From NCBI GenBank assembly GCA_963713825.1, contig CAVQNG010000003.1, positions 1,088,001 to 1,152,000 of the forward strand: DNA of 64,000 nucleotides. Direction: 5' to 3'. The position numbers and the translations under genes are program-made. This DNA comes from an uncultured Acidobacteriota bacterium (GTDB lineage Bacteria > Acidobacteriota > Thermoanaerobaculia > Multivoradales > JAHEKO01). Positions 20,097 through 29,543 of this stretch are shown in pieces (within the stretch, counting starts at the first letter, position 1; the number at the start of each line of letters is the position of its first letter). The notes under the pieces are model-generated. The model was not told the origin of the DNA. It searched no databases and saw only the letters and a program-made list of their open reading frames with translations.

Positions 20097-20245
20097 AGTC
20101 GATGCCTCGCCAGTCTTTACAATAGACCCAGAGTATTACGGTCTGGGCCCAGAGGCGAGCCGCCCTCCCGACGGCGATCGACATCGGCGTGTCGCCAACT
20201 CAGTCTTGCCCTGGAGCCTGACGCCGCAGTCTGCGAGGAGTAGCC

Positions 20246-23200
20246 ATGAGCGAAGCCGAAGCAACTCGAGCCAAGCGGTATCCGTTGCATCTAACCATCG
20301 CTGTCGCCTTCACCGCACTGCTGTTGGTGATCGGCCTGACACTCATCTCCTTCAACTACCTCGAGACCCGCAAGATCGCCCTGCTCGGAGCCGATGACCT
20401 CCTCGAGCGCACCAGTCTGCATCTCCAGAGCAGTATCGCGGAGCTCTATGTTCCGGCCCAGAATCTGGTCGATGTGCTCTCCAGAGCGTTGACAGCAGAG
20501 GACACCGAGCTCGAGGAAAGGTTCGAGCTGATGCCCCTTCTCGCTGAACCTCTGATGCGCAATCCGACGATCTCTGCTGTCTTCGTCGGCTACGAGAACG
20601 GTGACTTCTTCTTGGTCACCTCCGCCTTGGATCGTTGGCGCGATGCAGATGACGGCGAGGTCCCGCCAGACGCTGTCTTCGTCGCCCAGAGCATCGACGA
20701 TGCCAGGGGTGGTGCGGCCAACTACGAGCTGTACTTCTTCGACGAGGGGCTCGAGCTCGTCGGCCGGGGAGAGATGGACAGGGAAGGCTACGACCCTCGC
20801 GAACGAGAGTGGTACAAGGCAGCACTCGAAACGGATCAGTTGACTCGGTCAGCGTTCTATCTCTTCTTCACGACTCGCGAGGTGGGCATCAGCATGGCTC
20901 GAAGCCTGCCCGAAGGTGGTGCCGTTGTGGGAACCGATCTGGCGCTCGGCGACCTGGAGGACGGCCTGGCCCAATTGAGAGTGACCCCATCGAGTCGTCT
21001 GGCGATCCTGGGTAGCCGCGGTGGGGTGATTGCCCTGTCCGACCCACAAGAAGGGATGCTGCATGTCGATCAGGGCGAGGCCGAGTTGGTTGCGATGCCC
21101 CGCCTTGCCGACTTGGAGGACCCGGTCTACAAGCGTCTGGGTGAGGAGGTCGAAGCAGGTGTTGGGGCCGGTCGCCATGAGTTCGAGATCGGCGGGGAAG
21201 CCTGGCTGGCTTCGCTGTCCCCGCTACCGACTCGCTCCGGCGATGGGGTCTCGCTGGCCGTCCTCATACCCAGAGACGAGTTGCTCGCGGATGTCATCCG
21301 AGTCCGGAACCAAAGCACTCTGATGTCGATCGGCCTTCTGTTGGCTGCCGTGGCGCTGGTCATCGGGGTCTCCCGCCACATCGCTCGCTCCCTCAAGGCA
21401 CTGGCGCGAGAGGCGGAGGACGTGCGGGAGTTCAAGTTGGAGACCCCCATCACGGTCCGGTCGCGAATTCAGGAGGTTGACGACCTGGCGGCAACCATGG
21501 CGGTCATGAAGTCGTCGATTCAGCAGTTCCTCGCCATCTCTCAGGCGCTCTCGGCCGAGAAGGACTATCGTCGTTTGCTCGAGATGATCCTTTCCGAGGC
21601 CAGAAACGTGGCACAAGCCGAAGGCGGTGCCATCCTGCTCGAGACCGAGGACGAGAAGGCTTTGGAGATCGCGATTCTGGAAAACGAGATCACCGGAGCG
21701 GACTTTGGCGGTACCGCGGCCGAGGCGCCTCCTTTCGCACCGCTATCCCTAGAACCGGAGACGGACGAAAGCGGTCTGCCTAGCGTCGATCGCGCAACGG
21801 TCCACGGAGCGTCGGTCATCCGGGTCGATGACATTTCGACGGACCGAAGTTACGACTTTCGAGACCTCGAGACGCGCTTCGCCGGGGAGGGTTTCAAGGC
21901 TCGCTCACTGCTCAGCGTGCCTCTCAAGAACCAACTCGACGAGGTGATCGGCATCCTGCAACTGGTCAACGCCAGAGCGCAGGATGGCACTGCCACCCTC
22001 TTCAGTCCCGAGATCGTGCCCTACATCGAGGCCCTGTCCTCCGATGCGGCAGTGGCCCTCGACATTCGACGGTTGCTGAAGGTGCAACGGGACCTGCTGG
22101 ATGCCCTGATCCACATGATTGCGGGCGCCATCGATGCCAAGTCGCCCTACACCCACGGCCACTGTCAACGGGTACCCGTTCTGGCCCGGATGCTGGCCGA
22201 AGTGGCTCACGACACCGAGGACGGCCTGTTTGCCGATTTCAACTTGTCCGAGGACGAGTGGTACGAGCTTCACCTGGCCAGCTGGCTACATGACTGCGGC
22301 AAGGTAACAACACCCGAGTACGTCGTCGACAAAGCCACCAAGCTCGAGACCATCTACAACCGAATCCACGAGGTTCGAATGCGGTTCGAGGTGCTGTGGC
22401 GCGATGCCGAGATGGAGTACCTCCGGGGCCTTCTGTCGGGCAAGGAGAGCGAGGCCATGCTGAAGGCGCACCTCGACCAACGCCTCGATGAGCTGCGCCG
22501 CGACTTCGAGTTCGTGGCCGAGTGCAATGTCGGTGGCGAGTTCATGTCAGAGGAGAGAATCGAGAGACTGCAATCCATCGCCGACCAGACCTGGGTGCGC
22601 CATCTGGACGACCGATTGGGACTGTCTCATCTCGAGCTCGAGCCCAGGCAGGGGGAGCCGGAAGAGCCTCTGCCGATCGAGGAGAAGCTACTGGCCGACA
22701 AACCCGACCACATCATTCACCGCAGTGAGTCGGCCAATCCGTTTGGCGAGGCCCCGCACGACTTCCAAATGACGATTCCGGAGCACCAGTACAACCGGGG
22801 CGAGCTGCACAACCTGTCCATCGGCCGCGGCACGCTAACCGATGAGGAGCGTTTCAAGATCAACGAGCACGTGGTTCAGACGATCCTGATGCTGCGGCGG
22901 CTGCCGTTGCCCAGGGAGCTGCGGCGGGTCCCAGATTGGGCGGGGACGCACCACGAGAAGCTGGACGGGAGCGGCTACCCCAGGCGACGCTCAGCTAGCG
23001 AGCTCTCCGTTCCGGAGCGCATCATGGCCATCGCCGATATCTTCGAAGCTCTAACGGCGGCTGACCGCCCCTACCACGCGCCCAAAACCCTGAGCAAGGC
23101 GATTGGCATCATGAGCTCGATGTCGGCAGAAGGGCACATCTGTCCCGATCTGTTCGGACTCTTCCTGCGGTCCGGAGTCCATGTGGAGTATGCGAAGCAG

Positions 23201-23269
23201 TACCTCCAGGCGCAGCAGATCGACGACGTGGACATCGAATCCATGATCCAAGCGGCCGCTGGCAACTAG
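20246..23269 (+). CDS. Cache-HAMP-GAF-HD-GYP cyclic dinucleotide phosphodiesterase
   Basis: Two TM helices flanking YDPREREWY (Cache), HAMP, GAF (SLLSVPLKN..IGILQLVN), HDCGK and HHEKLDGSGYP, ADIFEALTA.DRPY. Confidence 0.92.
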   Translation: MSEAEATRAKRYPLHLTIAVAFTALLLVIGLTLISFNYLETRKIALLGADDLLERTSLHLQSSIAELYVPAQNLVDVLSRALTAEDTELEERFELMPLLAEPLMRNPTISAVFVGYENGDFFLVTSALDRWRDADDGEVPPDAVFVAQSIDDARGGAANYELYFFDEGLELVGRGEMDREGYDPREREWYKAALETDQLTRSAFYLFFTTREVGISMARSLPEGGAVVGTDLALGDLEDGLAQLRVTPSSRLAILGSRGGVIALSDPQEGMLHVDQGEAELVAMPRLADLEDPVYKRLGEEVEAGVGAGRHEFEIGGEAWLASLSPLPTRSGDGVSLAVLIPRDELLADVIRVRNQSTLMSIGLLLAAVALVIGVSRHIARSLKALAREAEDVREFKLETPITVRSRIQEVDDLAATMAVMKSSIQQFLAISQALSAEKDYRRLLEMILSEARNVAQAEGGAILLETEDEKALEIAILENEITGADFGGTAAEAPPFAPLSLEPETDESGLPSVDRATVHGASVIRVDDISTDRSYDFRDLETRFAGEGFKARSLLSVPLKNQLDEVIGILQLVNARAQDGTATLFSPEIVPYIEALSSDAAVALDIRRLLKVQRDLLDALIHMIAGAIDAKSPYTHGHCQRVPVLARMLAEVAHDTEDGLFADFNLSEDEWYELHLASWLHDCGKVTTPEYVVDKATKLETIYNRIHEVRMRFEVLWRDAEMEYLRGLLSGKESEAMLKAHLDQRLDELRRDFEFVAECNVGGEFMSEERIERLQSIADQTWVRHLDDRLGLSHLELEPRQGEPEEPLPIEEKLLADKPDHIIHRSESANPFGEAPHDFQMTIPEHQYNRGELHNLSIGRGTLTDEERFKINEHVVQTILMLRRLPLPRELRRVPDWAGTHHEKLDGSGYPRRRSASELSVPERIMAIADIFEALTAADRPYHAPKTLSKAIGIMSSMSAEGHICPDLFGLFLRSGVHVEYAKQYLQAQQIDDVDIESMIQAAAGN

Positions 23270-23341
23270 CGCCTCTGATAGGATCTGGCCCCCACTGCGC
23301 TGATGAGAGGCGCACGTTCAGCCACCTTCGAGGCGCTCACG

Positions 23342-24430
23342 ATGGCCAAGATTCCTCGCGCAGTTCACTGGGTTTTGATTGCAGCAATCCTGGCAGTAGG
23401 AGTGCTGCTGCCAAAATGGCTGAAGTCCCGCTCCGACGAGGCCGCTCCGCCAGTCAGCGTCGAGGTCGCTTTCCGAGTGCCGGTGCACGTCGAGACACTC
23501 GCGCCGGCCAAGCTCGAGGAGCGTCTCAACACCACAGGTAGCGTGCTGGCCAACGAGTGGGTGGAAATCGTCAGTGAGATCGCCGGCAAGATCGACGCGA
23601 TTCTCTTCCAGGAAGGGACAGCCGTCAGTGCGGGGAAGGTGCTGGTCCGTCTCGACACCTCAACACTGGAGGCCGAGCGGGAAAGAGCGCGATTCCGCTA
23701 CGAGCTTCTGCAGCGCGAGGAAGCCCGCCAACGTCAGCTGCTCGACGACGGTCTGCTCAGCCAGCAGGAGTACGAATTCACCGTCGGTGAAATGAACGTG
23801 CTGAGCGCGGAGCTGCAACTGCGAGGGGCGCAGTTCGAGAAGGCCACGATTCGGGCCCCCTTCGAAGGCATCGTCGGCCTGCGCTCGGTCAGCCTGGGCG
23901 ACTACGTCTCCAGCGACACGCGAATCACGACGCTACAGGACATCGATCCGGTCAAAATCGAGTTTTCGATACCGGAGGCCTACGCTCGAGAGCTGACTGC
24001 TGGCAACACCATCCGATTCCGGGTGCAGGGAATCGACGAGCCCTTCGAGGGCGCGGTCTATGCCGTGGAGCCGTCGATCGATCGGCAAACGCGCAGTCTG
24101 ACGCTACGAGCCCGAGCCGACAACCCCGACAGACAGCTGCTTCCCGGTGCCTTTGCGGAAGTGGAACTGACGGTTCGCGAGGTCGAGGATGCACTGTCGG
24201 TCCCGAGTCTCGCCATCGTGCCCGAGCTCGGTGGTAAGAAGGTCTATGTGCTGGAAGAGGGTCGGGCCGAGCCGAGAATCATCGAGACCGGGATCCGCAC
24301 CGAGACCCGGGTGCAGATCACTCGAGGGCTCGAGCCCGGCGAGCAGGTCATCGTCTCCAACATTCCCAGGCTGGCCCGCGGAATCGAAGTCGAGGTCGTC
24401 GAGGAGCGCGTCGGGGAGCCGGGCGAGTGA
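23342..24430 (+). CDS. RND efflux periplasmic adaptor (MFP) subunit
   Basis: GKI..I.FQEG..V..G..LV.LD, IRAPFEG.VG, L.PG.FA motifs. Confidence 0.9.
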   Translation: MAKIPRAVHWVLIAAILAVGVLLPKWLKSRSDEAAPPVSVEVAFRVPVHVETLAPAKLEERLNTTGSVLANEWVEIVSEIAGKIDAILFQEGTAVSAGKVLVRLDTSTLEAERERARFRYELLQREEARQRQLLDDGLLSQQEYEFTVGEMNVLSAELQLRGAQFEKATIRAPFEGIVGLRSVSLGDYVSSDTRITTLQDIDPVKIEFSIPEAYARELTAGNTIRFRVQGIDEPFEGAVYAVEPSIDRQTRSLTLRARADNPDRQLLPGAFAEVELTVREVEDALSVPSLAIVPELGGKKVYVLEEGRAEPRIIETGIRTETRVQITRGLEPGEQVIVSNIPRLARGIEVEVVEERVGEPGE

Positions 24431-27400
24431 GCCTTTCGTCGATCAGCATTCGTCGTCCTGTTCTGGCCATCGTCCTGTCGCTGGCGATCCTTCTGTTCGG
24501 CGGTATCGGACTCTCGAACCTCGGGGTCCGAGAGTATCCATCGGTAGACCCACCAGTCATCAGCGTCTCCACCAACTACCGGGGTGCCAACGCCGAGGTT
24601 GTCGAGTCGCAGATCACCGAGCCTCTGGAAGCCGCGGTCAACAGCGTCGACGGCATCCGAACCCTGACCTCCGTGAGCCGTGACGGACGCAGCACGATCC
24701 AGGTCGAGTTCGAGCTGGGCGAGGATCTCGAACGTGCCGCCAACGACGTGCGTGATCGCGTCTTCCGCACCCTGGGTCAGTTGCCGCCGGACGTCGATCC
24801 ACCCTCGGTAGCCAAGGCGGATTCGGACTCGCCTCCGATCGTCATGCTGACCGTGCGGTCCGACCAGCGTTCGCTTCTGGAGCTGTCACGTCTGGCGGAC
24901 GAGATCTTCGTGGAGCGGCTGCAAACGATTCCCGGAGTCAGTCGGATCGACGTATGGGGCGACAAGAGCTACGCCATGCGACTCTGGATCGACCCGATCA
25001 AGCTGGCCTCCTATCGGCTGTCGCCGGTCGATGTGCGGAATGCGGTTCGCCGGGAGAACGTCGAGCTGCCGGCCGGCAGGATCGAGGGGCAGGATATCGA
25101 GTTGGCGGTTCGCACCATGAGTCGCTTGAGGACCCCGGAGGAGTTCGGGGACCTGATCCTCAAGTCCGAAGGCAGCCGCATTGTGCGCCTGCGGGATGTC
25201 GGCAAGGCCGAGATCGGGGCCCAGAACGAGCGCACGGTCCTGAAGAAGAATGGCATCCCGATGGTAGCGGTGGTGGCCAGCCCGCAGCCCGGGGGCAACT
25301 TCGTGAAGATTGCCGATGATTTTCGCCACCGAGTGGAGCTCATCCGGCCGACACTCCCCTCCGACATCACACTCGACTACGGCTTCGACGCCTCGAAGTA
25401 CATTCGCGACTCCGTCAGGGAGGTGAGGCAGACCCTGCTACTGGCACTCGTCCTGGTGGTCATGGTGATCTTCTTCTTCCTGCGCGACTGGCGAACCACC
25501 CTGGTGCCGGTGGTGGTGATTCCGGTGTCCCTGATCGGGACATTCTTCGTTCTCTATCTGGCGGGCTTCTCGATCAACATCCTCACTCTCCTGGGGTTGG
25601 TCCTGGCCATCGGTCTGGTGGTCGATGACGCGATTGTGGTGCTGGAGAACATCTACGCCAAGATCGAGCGGGGAATGGATCCCATCCAGGCGGGCCTCAA
25701 GGGCACGCAAGAGATTTTCTTCGCCGTCATCGCCACCACCCTGGCTCTGGTGGCAGTGCTGTTGCCCATTTTCTTTCTGGGTGGCCTGACCGGATTGTTG
25801 TTTCGGGAGTTCGGCCTGACGCTGGCCGCCGCGGTCATCATCTCGTCGTTTGTGGCCCTGACCCTGACTCCGGTGATCGCGACCCGTATTCTCAAGAAGC
25901 GACAACGGCATTCCTGGCTCTACGAGGCCACCGAGCCCTTCTTCGAGTCTCTGACCGACGGCTATCGGAGGGTGCTCGAGACGTTGCTGAAGCGGCGTTG
26001 GCTCGCCTGGCCGGTGCTGGCGATCAGTCTGGGACTGGTGGTGCTTTTGTTTCAGATCCTGCCTGCCGAGCTGGCACCCTTGGAAGACCGTAGCACCCTT
26101 CGGGTCAGCAGTCGGGGGCAGGAAGGTGCGACCTTCTCCTACATGGACGCCTATATGGACGATCAGATCGCCATGGCGCGGCAAGTCGTTCCAGAGTCTT
26201 CGGCGATCATCACAGTGACCTCGCCCGGATTCGGCGCTTCGAGCGCTGTCAACAACGGCTACATGAGGATCCGCCTGGTGCCACCCGAGGAGCGGGAGCG
26301 GTCGCAGATGGAGGTAGCCAGTGCGTTCGAGAAGGCACTGCAGGGGCTCCAGGGGGCCAAGACTATTGTGACCCAGTCTCCGACAATCGCTGTCGGGCGA
26401 AGGCGCGGCTTGCCGGTCCAATTCGTTCTCCAAGCTCCCGATCTGGAACGACTCGAAGACATCCTGCCGAGCTTTCTCGAGCGTGCCGCTGCCGAGCCTG
26501 CCTTCTCGGTGGTCGATGTCAACCTGGAGTTCGACAAGCCGGAGCTCGAGGTCGAGATCGATCGCGACCGGGCCCGTGACCTGGGAGTCTCGGCCCTCGA
26601 CGTGGGTGAGGTTCTGCAACTCTCGTTGAGCGAGCAGCGTCTTGGTTTCTTCGTCATGGACGGTAAGCAGTTCGAGATCATCGGCCAGGTCGCATCGGAG
26701 AATCGGAACACCATTCTCGATCTGCGCAATCTGTTTGTCCCGGGCGAGGATGGTCGGCCGGTCATGCTCGACAAAGTCGTCCGGGTGAGTGAAAAGAGCA
26801 GCCCACCCCAGCTATTTCGCTTCAATCGCTATGTCTCGGCGACGGTCTCGGCGGGACTCGAGCCCGGCTACACCCTGGCCGATGGCATCGAAGTGATGCG
26901 GGGTCTGGCCGACGAGCTGCTGGACGAGAGCTTTGCCACCGACCTGGCCGGACAATCGCGGGACTTTGCCGAGAGCTCCAGCAGCCTGGCCTTCGTTTTC
27001 GTCCTGGCCTTGGCGATGGTCTACCTGGTGCTGTCTGCTCAGTTCGAGAGCTTTCGTGACCCCTTCATCATCATGTTGACGGTGCCCCTGGCGTTGGCCG
27101 GAGCGCTCGCGGCGCTGTGGATCTTCGGGCAGACGCTGAACATCTTCAGCCAGATCGGCATGATCATGCTGATCGGCCTGGTGACCAAGAACGGCATCCT
27201 GATCGTGGAGTTCGCCAACCAGCGACGCGAAGCTGGCCTCGATGTAGAGGAGGCGATTCGCGAGGCTGCCGTGGCCCGTTTCCGGCCGGTCTTGATGACC
27301 AGTATCTCGACGGTTCTGGGCACGCTGCCGATCGCTCTGGCATTGGGCGCCGGAGCTGAGAGCCGCATGCCGATGGGCATAGCTGTCATCGGTGGTCTAC

Positions 27401-27525
27401 TCGTGGGGACGTTCTTGACCCTGTTGGTCATTCCCACGACCTACACCTATCTGGCCGCCAAGAAGCACCGCGCCGCCCCGTCGCTCGAAGAGAGCTCCGA
27501 CGCCTCGGCCACCTGGGCCGCTTGA
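24427..27525 (+). CDS. RND efflux permease (HAE1/AcrB family, MexW-like)
   Basis: SIRRPV, GLVVDDAIVVLENI, GLVTKNGILIVEFAN, RFRPVLMT; 1032 aa. Confidence 0.95.
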   Translation: MSLSSISIRRPVLAIVLSLAILLFGGIGLSNLGVREYPSVDPPVISVSTNYRGANAEVVESQITEPLEAAVNSVDGIRTLTSVSRDGRSTIQVEFELGEDLERAANDVRDRVFRTLGQLPPDVDPPSVAKADSDSPPIVMLTVRSDQRSLLELSRLADEIFVERLQTIPGVSRIDVWGDKSYAMRLWIDPIKLASYRLSPVDVRNAVRRENVELPAGRIEGQDIELAVRTMSRLRTPEEFGDLILKSEGSRIVRLRDVGKAEIGAQNERTVLKKNGIPMVAVVASPQPGGNFVKIADDFRHRVELIRPTLPSDITLDYGFDASKYIRDSVREVRQTLLLALVLVVMVIFFFLRDWRTTLVPVVVIPVSLIGTFFVLYLAGFSINILTLLGLVLAIGLVVDDAIVVLENIYAKIERGMDPIQAGLKGTQEIFFAVIATTLALVAVLLPIFFLGGLTGLLFREFGLTLAAAVIISSFVALTLTPVIATRILKKRQRHSWLYEATEPFFESLTDGYRRVLETLLKRRWLAWPVLAISLGLVVLLFQILPAELAPLEDRSTLRVSSRGQEGATFSYMDAYMDDQIAMARQVVPESSAIITVTSPGFGASSAVNNGYMRIRLVPPEERERSQMEVASAFEKALQGLQGAKTIVTQSPTIAVGRRRGLPVQFVLQAPDLERLEDILPSFLERAAAEPAFSVVDVNLEFDKPELEVEIDRDRARDLGVSALDVGEVLQLSLSEQRLGFFVMDGKQFEIIGQVASENRNTILDLRNLFVPGEDGRPVMLDKVVRVSEKSSPPQLFRFNRYVSATVSAGLEPGYTLADGIEVMRGLADELLDESFATDLAGQSRDFAESSSSLAFVFVLALAMVYLVLSAQFESFRDPFIIMLTVPLALAGALAALWIFGQTLNIFSQIGMIMLIGLVTKNGILIVEFANQRREAGLDVEEAIREAAVARFRPVLMTSISTVLGTLPIALALGAGAESRMPMGIAVIGGLLVGTFLTLLVIPTTYTYLAAKKHRAAPSLEESSDASATWAA

Positions 27526-27654
27526 AGAGAACGTTGTCTTGCTCGGTGCGATACGGTCACAGGTGTGTCTGAAGCTCCAGAAGTAATTGAACGTCCAGGT
27601 GCTGATCAGGGTCGTGTGAGGCCGATCTGAGAACCGGAAAGGGAGGAGAACGTC

Positions 27655-29367
27655 ATGAAGCACGTCGCGCTGCTCATATCAGTAGTTACCTTGTCGGTCA
27701 TGGCCTGTTCTCCGGCAGAGTCTGGGCCGGACGCAGCCGATGCCGCCGACTCGATCTACACCAACGGCACGATCATCACGGTCGATGCGGAGGAGTCCAT
27801 CGCTGAAGCGGTGGCTGTAAAGGACGGCAAGATCCTGACAGTGGGGAGTGCTGAGGTGGTCATGGCGACCCGCGGCGAGAATACTCAGGTCGTCGATCTC
27901 GAGGGAAAGACGATGACCCCGGGGTTCATCGATGCCCACGGGCACCTCAAGAACGTCGGCTTCCAGGCCCTGTCGGCCAATTTGTTGCCGCCTCCGGACG
28001 CGGACGTGGACTCCCTGGCGGTGCTGCAAGAGAAGCTCGGGCAGTGGGGTGAGGGCGAGCTGTCCGCAAAGCTGGGCTGGATTATCGGCTTCGGCTACGA
28101 CGACTCACAGTTGGCCGAGAAGCGACACCCGAATCGTGACGACCTCGACGCCGTCTCGAGCGAGAAGCCAGTATTCATCATCCATCAGTCGGGTCATCTC
28201 TACGTCGCCAACTCGGAGCTTCTCGAGATGGCGGGCATCACTGCCGAGACCGACGACCCGGATGGAGGCGTAATCCAGCGTCGTCCGGGCAGCCGCGAGC
28301 CGAACGGAGTGCTCGAAGAGACCGCCCTGACGCCTGTCCTGAAGGTCTTCCCCAAGATCGACGGCGCCGGACAGCGGCGCATGGTTCGCGAGGGCATCGA
28401 TGCCTATACCAGCTTCGGTTTCACGACCGCCACCGAGGGCCGAGCCTTCCCGAGCGACGTGGATCTCTACACAGCGATGGCGGAAGCCGGCGAGCTGGAG
28501 ATCGACGTCGTCGCCTTTCCAGACTACTGGCTGGGCCGCGACACGGTCGCGGGCAGTCCCTGGTTGAGCCGGAGCTATCAAGGTCATTTTCGCATCGGCG
28601 GTATCAAGGGCAATCTAGATGGCTCGCCCCAGGGCAAGACGGCCTGGCTCAGTGAACCCTATTTCGAGCCGCCGGCTGGTCGTGACGCCGACTACGCCGG
28701 ATACGCCATGCTGGAAGAGGAGCAGGCGCTGGCAATGTTCGACGATGCCTACGCCCAGGGTTGGCAGGTGATCAACCACGCCAACGGCGACGCCGCCATC
28801 GATCAACTGATTCGGGTGGCGAGGGCCGCCACCCAGAAGCACGGCCCCGCCGATCGCCGCACGGTCGGGATTCACTCGCAGACCATTCGCGAGGATCAAC
28901 TCGACGCCTACCAGGAGCTGGGGATCATTCCCTCGCTGTTTGGCATGCACACCTTCTATTGGGGTGACTACCACCGCGATTCGGTGCTCGGGCCCGAGCG
29001 CGCAGCGCGCATATCACCGGCCAGGTCCGCTCTCGATCGTGGCATGATCTTCACTCAGCATCACGATGCGCCTGTAGCTTTGCCAAGCTCGATCGCGATC
29101 CTGGCGACGCAGGTCAACCGCATAACCCGCAGTGGCCAGGTCCTCGGACCCGATCAGCGGGTCACGCCGCTGGAGGCGCTGAAGTCGATCACCATTTACG
29201 CCGCCTATCAGTACTTCGAGGAGGGTAGCAAAGGCTCCATCGAAGCAGGGAAGCTCGCCGATTTGGTCATTCTGAGCGACGATCCGCTCTCGGTCAGCCC
29301 GGAAGCGCTGTGGGACCTGGAGGTCCTGGAGACGATCAAGGAAGGCGAGACGGTTTACAAGAAGTAG
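27655..29367 (+). CDS. Amidohydrolase 3 family (YtcJ-like) lipoprotein
   Basis: Lipobox VMAC, PGFIDAHGH, DGSPQGKTA, HANGD, GSIEAGKLADLVIL. Confidence 0.9.
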   Translation: MKHVALLISVVTLSVMACSPAESGPDAADAADSIYTNGTIITVDAEESIAEAVAVKDGKILTVGSAEVVMATRGENTQVVDLEGKTMTPGFIDAHGHLKNVGFQALSANLLPPPDADVDSLAVLQEKLGQWGEGELSAKLGWIIGFGYDDSQLAEKRHPNRDDLDAVSSEKPVFIIHQSGHLYVANSELLEMAGITAETDDPDGGVIQRRPGSREPNGVLEETALTPVLKVFPKIDGAGQRRMVREGIDAYTSFGFTTATEGRAFPSDVDLYTAMAEAGELEIDVVAFPDYWLGRDTVAGSPWLSRSYQGHFRIGGIKGNLDGSPQGKTAWLSEPYFEPPAGRDADYAGYAMLEEEQALAMFDDAYAQGWQVINHANGDAAIDQLIRVARAATQKHGPADRRTVGIHSQTIREDQLDAYQELGIIPSLFGMHTFYWGDYHRDSVLGPERAARISPARSALDRGMIFTQHHDAPVALPSSIAILATQVNRITRSGQVLGPDQRVTPLEALKSITIYAAYQYFEEGSKGSIEAGKLADLVILSDDPLSVSPEALWDLEVLETIKEGETVYKK

Positions 29368-29402
29368 GGGACAGCAGTCTCACCTAGCTGAGATTCGGGT
29401 TG

Positions 29403-29480
29403 GGTGGGTGCCTGTCCGTCAAAGTCTGAGTAGCCGACGCCGTCCCCCTGTGAGCCGCCCGGACGGGCCTCTACAAGAAG
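29403..29480 (+). repeat. Partial (3' half) copy of intergenic element Z
   Basis: GAGTAGCCGACGCCGTCCCCCTGTGAGCCGCCCGGACGGGCCTCTACAAG matches about 37580-37655 and 48295-48342. Confidence 0.8.
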
Positions 29481-29543
29481 AGCGTCATCCAGAAAGGAAC
29501 CCATGACCCGGGACTCGAGGTCTGACGGTTCTCCCAGGGCTCT

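Noticed and set aside
20097-20245. c-di-GMP riboswitch upstream of the HD-GYP gene
   Set aside because: Only a small hairpin is present; no GEMM-type GGCAAAC/GAAA/GCAAAG pattern.
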